A program made the position numbers and the translations under genes. The notes under the pieces were generated by a model. It was not told the origin of the DNA. It saw nothing but the letters and a program-made list of their open reading frames with translations, and did not search any database. Of a stretch of DNA of 64,000 nucleotides, positions 1 to 14,990 are shown one piece after another (within the stretch, counting starts at the first letter, position 1; every line of letters starts with the position of its first letter). The DNA is from the human T2T-CHM13v2.0 reference genome, Homo sapiens: the NCBI RefSeq assembly GCF_009914755.1, contig NC_060932.1; one strand, given 5' to 3'.

Positions 1-385
1 CTTCAGTATTCAAAATTCCAATAATAAATAGTTGTGTTTTGGAAGTTCATCCACAAAGATTCTTGGGTGAGTAGGGGGCTGTTATTCATGGCTGAGTTAT
101 AATAACACTTGGGATCTGTAGACTGTCCAAAAAGGTAACAGAAACCCAGGCTTTCATCAACACTTTCATGAGAGAGATTGTATTGTAGGTTAATAGTTCT
201 TTTCTGAAGAAAATTTTTCAGTTCTGTTTAGCAAATCTGTTATCTACAAAGAACAAAAGAGATTTGAACCTTATTAGACAATGCATTCAGTATGTGAGCC
301 AAAGTATGAATTTCTCAAGCCGTACTTCTCTGACAAATTCTTCCCTCAGAACTGAGGAAATTTTGATTTAAATTGCCCAGATATT

Positions 386-422
386 GGCTCTGTTGCGCAA
401 TGGATAGCGCATTGGACTTCTA
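386..422 (+). pseudogene. Tailless retropseudogene of the 5' half of tRNA-Arg(TCT)
   Basis: GGCTCTGTTGCGCAATGGATAGCGCATTGGACTTCTA matches nt 1-37 of tRNA-Arg-TCT except G9>T. It ends in the anticodon loop, has no 3' half or B box, and is flanked by direct repeat TAAATTGCCCAGATATT (369-385 and 421-437). Confidence 0.93.
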
Positions 423-569
423 AATTGCCCAGATATTTTCTAATCTCCATTTTTTATGCAATAGCTGAATGGAGTTATAATACAGTTTCCTGAGATTATG
501 GCTGATATATTAAACTTCACAAATCTTTGTTTTATTTTCTTTTTCTTAGAGTTGATTTTGTTGTCTTGT

Positions 570-1043
570 TGTCACGTGCATCCGTGTGAAGGGACCACCA
601 AACAGGCTTTGTGTGAGCATCAAGGCTGTTTATTTCACCTGGGTGCAGGCGGGCTGAGTCCGAAAAAGGAGTCAGCAAAGGGTGGTGGGATTATCATTAG
701 ATCTTACAGGTTTTGGGGATAGTCGGTGGAATTAGGAGCAATGTTTTGCAGGCAGGGGGTGGATCTCACAAAGTACATTCTCAAGGGTGGGGAGAATTAC
801 CAAAAACCTTCTTAAGGGTGGGTGAGATTACAAAGAAACTTCTTAAGGGTGGGGGAGATTACAAAGTACATTGATCAGTTAGAGTGGGGCAGAAAGAAAT
901 CACAATGGTGGAATGTCCTCAGTTAAGGCAGGAACTGCCCATTTTCACTTCTTTGTGGATCTTCAGTTGCTTCAGGCCAGCTGGATGTATATATGCAGGT
1001 CACAGGGGATATGATGGCTTAGCTTGGGCTCAGAGGCCTGACA
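570..1043 (-). mobile_element. Solo LTR7-family (HERV-H) LTR
   Basis: Minus strand begins TGTCAGGCCTCTGAGCCCAAGCTAAGCCATCATATCCCCTGTGACC; TG...CA termini; 5-bp TSD CTTGT (565-569, 1044-1048); three internal aagggtggg(g)gaga repeats. Confidence 0.93.
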
Positions 1044-1052
1044 CTTGTCTTA

Positions 1053-1451
<399 letters not shown>

Positions 1452-1922
1452 TTAATCACTCTGTGATAAGAAGTACCCATACAGACAATTAAGACAAAAA
1501 ACTATTAAAAAATACAGTTGAAGAGAAAAAGAGTAAGAAAAATATCAATCATTCTCCATTTATTTTTGAAATACATAGGTATATTTTCAGGGGACAGGAT
1601 GTGTATGTGTCCAGCAATGATCAGGAGCTAAGGCAATCGCAGTGTATTATACAAAGCTGGCTGCTGCTCCCAGAATGCTTCTAATCAGGCAGCAGGGATG
1701 AGCACTCAGATGTAGGTATAATAATCTAACTACCGTTTGGACAGGACATGATATAATGAGATCCCCTCAGGATGCTATAGCTGAAGTGACAGAAACCCAA
1801 TTCAAACTGATTTAAGCATGAAAGAAAATTCTTTGGCTCACAAAGCTGAAAAATTTAAAAGTAGGTTGGTTGGATCTGATATGGACAGGAGGCAGGGAAA
1901 TACTAGGTAGAAAAAAGTGGGG

Positions 1923-2338
<416 letters not shown>

Positions 2339-2405
2339 TCAAAGCTGGGCCCATGAGTGAGACTCCATCTGAGAAGAGAAGAGAAGGGGGAGGGAGGGGA
2401 GGGAA

Positions 2406-2911
2406 TGTGGGATATGGCAAGGTTTCTCTTCAAATAACGCGATCAGTCTTTTATTCTTTAATTCATAGTACCCCCCACTTTTTTCCCTTTTTCTCCTTTT
2501 TTCCCTTTTTGCATTTGTTAGATGCCCAGGCATGCCTCAGTACCAGGTGTTATCAGTACCAGCTCACATTCCTTTCCTTATTTGGAAAGAGGACTAACTT
2601 TCTAGCTCATTACAGACACCCTTTCCCCTTTCCTCTCCACTTTCTTTTATGTGCCCACCTTATCTAAAAAAATCAAATGTTTAGCCAACCGGAATTAGTT
2701 TAGATTATACGACCGGACCCTGGCCAGTGGGGAAAGGGTACAGGGGCAGGACTTGCATCAGGAATAAAGGCTCTTGTGCCCCTTTGTTCAGGTGTGCTCT
2801 CATGGCGACTGGCCAAGGAGGCACCCCTCTGTGCAGAAGTAAAATTGCTTTGCTAAGAATCCTTTGTTCGAGTGTTCAGTTTCCTTAGGATTTTGAGCAT
2901 TATTCCTTACA
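2406..2911 (+). mobile_element. Solo LTR10-family (HERV-I) LTR, subfamily uncertain
   Basis: TGTGGGATATGGCAAGGTTTCTCTTCAAATAAC...TTATTCCTTACA; TG...CA ends; AATAAA at 2763 and AGTAAA near 2838; no clean TSD. Confidence 0.7.
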
Positions 2912-3761
2912 AGGACAGAAGAGAAGAGAAGAGAAGGGTGGGGTCCCTGACAAGGTTTCCACCCTCAAGCCTGGGCCACTGGCCCTAAATGAGAACTTTA
3001 AATCCCTGTTTTCCCATCCAAATATTGCCTTTTGGCCCACCACACCCCTTACTCTGTGCCCATGGAAACCCCAGGCTCCACTAGCAGAGCAGCAGAGCGG
3101 TGTGGCAGGGAAGGAGAGGAGAGAAGCGTCTGAACATCCAGAAGGGAAGAGGCGCTGGACATTGGAGACTAGGATCGGGGAGGAGTTTGGCCGGGGATGA
3201 TTGGAAAGGAGTTCGGCCAGGGACAGCCGAACTCTAGGGGAAGATTATCTTCCCACTCCATCCCCTTTCCTGCTCCCCATTTCACTGAGAGCCATTCCAC
3301 TGCCCAATAAAATCTCTGCATTCACCATTCTTTAAGTCCTTGTGACCTGATTCTTCCTGGATGCTGGACAAGAACCTGGGTACCAAGAGAGCAGGGTGTA
3401 AAAGGCTACCGGGATCCTCCCCTGAGCTGGTTTTAACACCTAGCCATCAGCAAAAGGCAAATGCTAAAAGAGCATTGTTTGTAACACACGATCCCTGGGA
3501 CCCCAGAGGTCGTGGGCAACACCTAGACACTGCCGGGGGCAGTATGGGTTAGTTCCTGCGGACACTTAGTTCCCAAAGGCACTTGCCCCAGCGCCTGCGC
3601 CCACTCACCTGTGTGCCCCCCACTCCTCCAAGGGAATTGAGCTGAGTAAACGAGCCACCCCTGTTGCAAGTCCTGCAAGGGGATTAAGGGAATTCTCCCG
3701 TCTCAGATGCAGGGGCTCAAATTCCATTGTGGGAACTTAAGACTCTGTCTGTCTTCTGCTG

Positions 3762-4376
3762 TGTCAGTGAAAAGAGTCAAACTGTAAAATATCTGAAGAG
3801 ATTTATTCTGAGCCAAATATGAGTGACCATGGCCTGTGACACAGCCCTCAGGAGGCCCACAAACATGTGCCCAAGGTGGTCGGGGCGCAGCAGCTTGGTT
3901 TTATGCATTTTAGGGAGACATGAGGCTTCAATAAAATACATTTAAGAAACACATTGGTTTGGTTCAGAAAGGCAGGACAGTTCAAAGCAAGAGGGCAGGG
4001 GTAACTTTCAGGTTACAGGTAGATTTAAAATTAACATTTTCTGGTTGACAATTGGTTGAGTTTTTATCTAAAGGCCTGGGATCCATAGAAAGGAAATGTC
4101 TGGATTGCGATAAGAGGTTCTGGAGGCCAAAGTTTAATTATGCAGATGAAGCCTCCAGGTAGCAGGCTTCAGAGAGAATAGATTGTAAATGCTTCTTATC
4201 AGACTTAAAGGCCTGTGTTGATGTTAACGCTAAAGAGGTATCATGAGGTATATTCAACCCCCACTTCCTGACTTGGCCTGAACCAGTTTCTCAGTTTACA
4301 TTTTAAAAGTGCCCTGGCCTAGGAAAAAGTCCATTCAGATGGTTGAGGGGGCCTTTGAATTTTACTTTTGTTTGCA
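3762..4376 (-). mobile_element. MER4-family ERV1 LTR
   Basis: gaaaagagtcaaactgtaaaatatctgaagagatttattctgagccaaatatgagtgacc...cccaaggtggtcgggg signature; similar to 7832-8512. Confidence 0.85.
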
Positions 4377-5003
4377 TATGATTACCTTATTGAATAGCTC
4401 CTAAACTCCCTTTTCCACTCTGCTAATGTCCCGGCTCATATTCTTTCAAATGAAGTCCAGCAGATGGAGAACTTCTTTATTCTCTATACTTTTAAGAATA
4501 GAGAATTAAAATGTATTGGCTCTAATTAGCCAAATGTAAGTCAAATGCTCACACATTGAGTTCAGAAAACGGTCAGCTTTATCCTAATCCTATAGACTAA
4601 GAGTAGAGACTACATTTTTTTCCCAAGGAAAATCAAGATTCTATTATCGGAAATAAGAGAAATGGTCAATGCATAGGAAAGTGATAATAGTTGTCACCAC
4701 ACAGAGGACACAGAGACGTGTTTTGGGATATTTATTCCACTCGCGAGAAGATCTAAGACATTTTTGATAATCACATCTCCAAGAAGGCTGATGAAAGGAG
4801 GAGGCTGCTACTTTGGGTTTAAGTATCAGTCTCTGGTGATCAAAGAATTGTGATCATTTCCCTTTGGAAAATATATCATATCCAGTTATTTGTTATTTCT
4901 CTAGTACCCACTGTTTCAGGGATTGTCCATGGCTCCTAAGATTAAGGCGAGGATAGAGTCAGATATACAGTAGATCCCAGATTATTAGATTTTAAATTCT
5001 TCA

Positions 5004-5400
<397 letters not shown>

Positions 5401-5951
5401 CTATCCAGTCCAAACAAGTTTAGTAATAATCAGCAAGTTGATGACGTCAGAATTAATTTAAGAGAACTATGGGAAAAATGGAATGTATCTATCCTTAAGT
5501 GATTCAGCTGGGCACATATTCTCAGAGTTAGAGTCTCAGATGTCCACCACCCGTCTTTAACTCAGCTATCTTCAAACTTAGGTATCAATTATGACTAAAA
5601 CAAGTATATTGTCTACATTAATGTCAATATTGGAAGTTGTGAGCCCTAGAAACAAAATCAAGTGCATTCCTGTTACCCCTTATTTTTGCCATTCAGATGC
5701 AAACTCCAAGCATCAGTGAACATGAGCCTATGGATCACCCTAATTTGAGAATCACATTGGCCTAAACCATAACCCCGAGTATCTGCCTAATTTTCCTCCA
5801 CTCATTTTCTGGCTTTGTCTCTTTGTTTAGAGGAAAACCATGCTCTAAATACTAGCTGTTCTCTGGATTCTTAGCATCCAGATTTAATTTTGCCTCCTTA
5901 ATCCACGATTTAAAAAAGGAATTAGATGCATAGAACTCCAAACTTAATATG

Positions 5952-6627
5952 TATGGTAGATAGAATAATGTCTATCCACCAAACAAACACAAAAATATGT
6001 CTATGCCTCAGTCTCTAGAAACTGTCAGTATCTTACATTACATGGCAAAGGGGAATTTGCAGATGTAATTAAGGTTATGAACCTTAACAGAGGGAGGTTA
6101 TCCTGGCTTATCCAAGTGGCCCAATCTAATCATATGAACTTTAAGAGCAGAGAAATTTCTCTGAGTCAGAAAGGCAGCAGAAGACAAAGGCAAAAGAGAT
6201 GTAACAGAAGAGGAAGCTGGAGAGATTTTAAGTGTGAGACGGATTAGAGGCACCGTTGCTGGCTGTGAGATGCCCACCTACAAGGACTGAGGATAAACCT
6301 CTAGGAGATAAGATGCTCTCCAGCTAACAGCACACATGGAAATGATGAGTTTAACCCTACAACTGCAAGGAACTGGATTCTGCCTGAATAAGCTTAGAAG
6401 CAGATTCTTCCCAGATCTCCCCTGTACTGAGAAGGATTAATTGATTAGGATCTCACTAATAGGGGTTGGGCAGACTGACACCTTGATTTTAGTCTTGTGA
6501 AACCTAGAAGAGAGAAACCATAGAACAAATCTGGATTTATGATCTAAAGAACTGTGAAATAAATTTGTATTGTTTTAAGCACAGATCAGTGGATTGTTTA
6601 AAATAGCAGCAGTAGGAAACTAATACA
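5952..6627 (+). mobile_element. MLT1 (MLT1E/F-like) MaLR LTR
   Basis: catggcaaaggggaatttgcagatgtaattaaggtt...gcagtaggaaactaataca; near-TSD atatg/gtatg. Confidence 0.8.
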
Positions 6628-7831
6628 GTATGTTTCCAGACAAGGAAGGAAAGTATGAATTAGAAGGAGAGGAAATCATGGCAACTAAAAGAATTGATAG
6701 ATTTAAAAATGGGAGAGTTTTCTACTGATGCTTAGTATGGTTCTGATTTTAGTCCAGTGTTGCTATAAAAAAATGAGTAATTGTCCATTAACTGGACAAC
6801 ATTCGGCATAAAATCTTTCTTTCTTAAAGGGCTCAAGTCAGTATCTGCATTATAGGCATAGTCTGTGGTGAGATAAAGAAATAGTGAAAAGAGGTAAGAA
6901 ATGAAAAATATAAAAGCAGGCACATGAGTCCTCTTCAATCCTGCTACCATATGTCTAGTCCTAGAGTAAGAAATAGATCTTTTATGATTTGAAGACAAGT
7001 CTCTGTTTTTGGAAACCTCACTTTTATGTCAAAGCCCTCAGATCTGTTGGAAAAAATTAAAAATAAGAATGGCTATATATTCCAGAGAAATAAAGCCATT
7101 GACAGACTTTTAAAATTCTTTATTGTTTTGGATCCAAAAAAAGGGACCTCTATGATATATTATGTATCGTTACAATATGGTGCATGGCTTCATCATCTGT
7201 ACTGAGAAAGATTAATTGAATAGGGTCACACTAATTTACAAGCAATTGTACTATGGGATGAACATGAAACAGGGCTGCCAAGAAAAGTTTTGTCACTTGC
7301 ACTAGACATTTTTATCTGCAAAGGATGTTTATATCCACCTTGGGTTATTTCCAAGATTTTACTTTGGGTATCACTTTTGGATCTAGGCCTTCACTTAGAG
7401 AACTCCTTCCTCCTTAAAAAAGCAAGTGAAGTTCTTGCAACATAGATAAGAAAATCACCAGTGCTACTTCATGTGTTTTTAATGATGCCCTAAAATCACC
7501 AGGCAACCACCAACCCAGGACCCGGAAATGAAGAAAGTACGCTATGTCTCAGAGAAATATAAATTTCTAGGAAATAACAACCAAAATGTGTTCATATCTT
7601 GAAACTCAGGAAACCTCAGCTACTGAGTTCCAAAGATTTCTCAGATATGTAAATAATACCAAAGGAGATGGGAAATTCCAGTTGTCTTTTATAGTATTCT
7701 TGATTTGATGGGGATTTCCTCAAGAGGTTATGACTGTCAAGGAGTGCAGACAGACTTTTTTCTTCTAAGACTGATGACAGCTCCTTTTCCTCACAGACAA
7801 AACATCGAGAAGCTTCTCAAGTTATGACCAA

Positions 7832-8512
7832 TGTTGACAAAAAGAGTCAAATCTGTAACATATTTTTAGAAATTTATTCTGAGCCAGATATGAGTGCCAA
7901 GGTGGTCGGGGTACAGCTTGATTTTATATATTTCAGGGAGGCATGAGATGTCAATCAAATACATTTAAGAAATAGGGGAGCAGGGGCTTCCAGGTTATAG
8001 GTAAATTTAAACATTTTCTGGTTAGCAGTTGGTTGAGTTTGTCTAAAGACCTGGGATGACAGAAAGGAAATGTTCAGGTTAAGATAAATGATTGTGGAGA
8101 CCAAGGTTCTTTTGAAGTCTTATAGTGGCTGCCCTTGGAGACAATAGATGACAAATATTTCCTATTCAGATCTTTGAAAGGTGCTAGATTTTTAGTTAAT
8201 CTCTTCAGGATAGGGCGGGCCTGGAAGAAAAAGATCTAGCTATGTTAATAGAGATTCTTTACAGATGCAGATTGTCCCCCACAAAGGATGGCTTTGCAGG
8301 CCCATTTCAAGATGTGGCAGAGAAAAATGTTTTGGGGTAAAATATTCTGATTTTCTTCCTTGTTATGCCAGAGTCAGATTGGAAAGTAAGTCCCAATATA
8401 CAGGGTTAAATAAAACCCATCTGATGAGAATTTATGGTTTGTAGGGCATGACTCTCCAAACCCCTTAGATAGGAATTTGGCCAAGATATAAAAAATCAGA
8501 GCTTAGTCCTCA
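7832..8512 (-). mobile_element. MER4-family ERV1 LTR
   Basis: TGTTGACAAAAAGAGTCAAA...GCTTAGTCCTCA with 4-bp TSD CCAA (7828-7831, 8513-8516). Confidence 0.88.
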
Positions 8513-8603
8513 CCAAGTATCGAATGCTTTGGAAACGTCTGTTCCCTATCATTCGCTTCCTCTTTGGAGCACATTTTACCCACCATTCCCTTCATTCCAA
8601 TTG

Positions 8604-8607
<4 letters not shown>

Positions 8608-8636
<29 letters not shown>
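8608..8636. repeat. (TA)n microsatellite abutting an Alu poly(T)
   Basis: Direct read of an uninterrupted TA run. Confidence 0.95.
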
Positions 8637-8952
<316 letters not shown>

Positions 8953-9619
8953 AAATTGATGATTATATTTTAATGAAGGTTCCATAACATATTTGAGTCC
9001 CCACTCAAAACTGAAAAGAACCATAACATAAAGGAAGACAAATGGGGGAAAAAACAACCCAAAACTCTCATACCTCTCAGATCAATGCCCTTATTTGACT
9101 TATCGTCATACTTTATATAAACTGTAGGAAGTTATATTCTTCCTTCTTTTCTTCTATTCTTATTTCTTCTTTCCTTCTATTCTTATTTCTTTCATTTATT
9201 TATTTATTCATTCATTCAGACAGTCATCAGTCATGCAAAGAACTAGATGTAATGTCCAGCCAAGGGAACAAACAGAAAGAACAAAGTTCTAAGACAGGAA
9301 AAGTTTTAGTAGGCTTTAAACATCCAGCAAAAGACCAGTTGGCCCTCACAATACCAAACATACAGAGTTTTTCAAATATCCAAATGCCCTAAAAATACTA
9401 TGACATTTAAATATATATATATATTTCTGTGAATTTAAATACAGTTTTTATAGTTATCTCTCACTGACTATCACTTCCCCTTGAAATTGTAGTTGGTACC
9501 ATTTTGTACACATTCAAAATGCTAGATCTGGAGTTACGCATTTTAGCTATGTAATGAAACTTTTCCCAAAAAAAGAAAACTAAGGTACACAAGAGAGCTG
9601 TGGACTTTTCTGCTATCAT

Positions 9620-10372
9620 CCACTCAGTTGCTCAAGGCAATAGTCTAGGAATCATAGTGGAATCCTTCTTTGTTTTCGATACCTACACCAACGCTGGTCC
9701 CATTCTGTTAAGCTCTGTTCACTTATCTCCATTTTCTCTAGTACAAACTATTATTAGCTCTCAATTCACCTGCTGCAATAGCCACTCTTGTCTTCCTGCA
9801 AACATTCTCCACCCAGCAGCCTTAGAATAATCTTTAAAAAATTGTCCAGCAAATTTTATGTTTAAAACCTGTCAACAGCTTTTCCTTAAATTCAAACTCC
9901 TGGACCCTACAGGATCTGTTTCCTACCTCCCTCCCTGATTTCATCTACTGATATTCACACTCTTGCTTACCATGTTTTAGCCACACAATTCTTTTTGTTC
10001 CTTGATACAGAACATCTGATTCTTGACTTGGGGAAGATTATTTCCCTTTCTTAAAATGATTTCTGCTCCCAGATTCGTCCTTGGTTGGCTACTTGTCATT
10101 TACTCGCTAATTAGATCTTTCCTGGCCAACCAATCTAATTAACATCCCTCCGCCACAACTCCAGTCATTTTCTCCATCAGCTCTTTTTAAATACAATTTA
10201 TTAAAATATTGTTAATCATATGTGTTTCATGTTTATTTTCTCTCTCCTTGTACTTGAATATAAACTCCATAAAGGCAGAGACCTTATTTATCTTGTTCTC
10301 CAGTTAATCTCCATCACTGTGAATAGTGCTTCACATATAGTGGGCACTCAATTAATGTTTATTCAATTAATT
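9620..10372 (+). mobile_element. L2 (L2a-like) 3' fragment
   Basis: actcagttgctcaaggc...; 3' end taaactccataaaggcagagacc...cacatatagtgggcactcaattaatgtt. Confidence 0.75.
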
Positions 10373-11399
10373 TGTTCAAGATTATACAACATCACAATTC
10401 AGAAGCAACATCTAACACTCAGCAGCGTGAGTACTCATTCCACTGGGCCATAGTTAGAAACACTAATGGCTTGCCATCTTGAAGATATATGGTATACCTT
10501 TTGTGTAAGTAAGATCAATCTTCCTCATTTTAGCACTTCCTAGAACTTACAGTAAAAAAAGAGAAATATTAGATGACCAATTGACATATTTTGATTGACC
10601 TAAACAATGGTTCATTCAAATATGCAAATATCCAGGTATACCATATCTTAGCTCCAAAATTCTTCCCAATGCCCAGTAGGAAAGACAGCCTGCTTATTAG
10701 GCAAATATGCCAGAGGTAGTGATTCACATGGTCCTATAGCAGTTGCCCAAGCTGACCTCCATCACCCTACCCTGGAAGGATGTGCCTGGAGGTGGTCTCC
10801 TGTTTGGTTAGCCACTCCCTGAGGCATTATTTCAGGTGTCAGTGCATTTGAAAGAGGTATCTCATACCTCTTTTATATTGCTATTGACACTCAATAAAAT
10901 CCAACAAGTTTTTAAACCCATATATTTCAGCATCTCCCAAATGTTACCGTTGGTTCTGAACAATTTAGTTTACTGAAAAAAAACAAACTATATTTTTCTG
11001 ATTCTGTCCACTGAAACAACCCAGAAGCAATGCATTTCTTTTTAGAAAAAGGAGAAATAAAGGCGTACAATTTCCAGTTCCCAAGATTAAATGATTTTTA
11101 AGGCCCTAGTGTTACATTTGTATCTCTTTTTTTTCACTGAAAATTTGATTATTAATGATGGCTGATTCATGAACTTATTTATTGTATGTGTGTGTGTTTC
11201 AAAATAATATTACCGATATTGTAACTAACAGTGAGATTGCTGAGTGAAAAGTATGACTCCTTTGTTGTATTTTTTTTCATTAAGATATACTTTTGTGGAG
11301 ATGTACAGTTAACACATTGTCTTTTTAAATCACTGATTATTTTTTATTTGATGATATGAGCAATTTGACAAAGTATATTTTTTCTTTCAGTTTTTTATT

Positions 11400-13964
<2,565 letters not shown>

Positions 13965-14025
13965 TATACCCTCTATTTGATAAATTATCTTATTTTACTA
14001 GTTTTCATATTAATTTATTTAGGTG

Positions 14026-14352
<327 letters not shown>

Positions 14353-14559
14353 TTAGGTTTTCCAGAGTTATAATTTTATAATCTGTAGATAGAAATTGTT
14401 TTATCTTTTCTTTTGCCTCTATTTGCTTTTTAGGACTTTACCATTTTAGCTAATTTATCTGACAATATTAAATAGTAGAGGAGATAATGGACATTTCTGC
14501 TTGTTCCATAATCAATATCCGGTTGTTTAATCACAATATAGCATTGATGAAATTGAAGG

Positions 14560-14750
14560 GGCACAGCTTTTGGAGTCAAGCAGCCATGGCTTTGAATTAT
14601 ACTTTCACCACTTACGGATTGTCTGACTTTAGGCAAAGAGCTTAATGTGCATGAGTTTTATTTTTCCCATCTGTAAAATGGATATTTATGTTTGCAATGA
14701 TTAACACAATGACTAACACATGGTAGATACTCAATACATTTTTGCTCATT
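14560..14750 (+). mobile_element. MIR
   Basis: gcttttggagtcaagcag...gactttaggcaa...catctgtaaaatgg core. Confidence 0.7.
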
Positions 14751-14971
14751 ATTTTTCCTTCTAAATGAACACTCTATCACCTGGGATTCCTTGAAACTGC
14801 AGTGGGAAGTAGAAAAGCCAGACTGAATAAGATAGCACAGCACCTACAATCACTGAGACTGGCCTAAGATGGAAATGGAGACCGGAAACTTTTAGGCAGC
14901 AAGCCATTACTTAAAGCGGCAAATAGGTGTATCTAGCTTAAAAGAGAAAGAAATCTAGCTGTTTATCTAAG

Positions 14972-14990
14972 CAGTGCCCTCTGGTGGTTA
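14972..14990 (-). promoter_or_regulatory. Candidate CTCF binding site
   Basis: Minus strand TAACCACCAGAGGGCACTG closely fits the CTCF core CCACCAG(A/G)GGGC(A/G)C; lies in unique sequence. Confidence 0.65.

Noticed and set aside
386-460. Functional tRNA-Arg gene
   Set aside because: Only the 5' half is present; no T-arm/B box or acceptor 3' strand, and the sequence after the anticodon is the duplicated target site.
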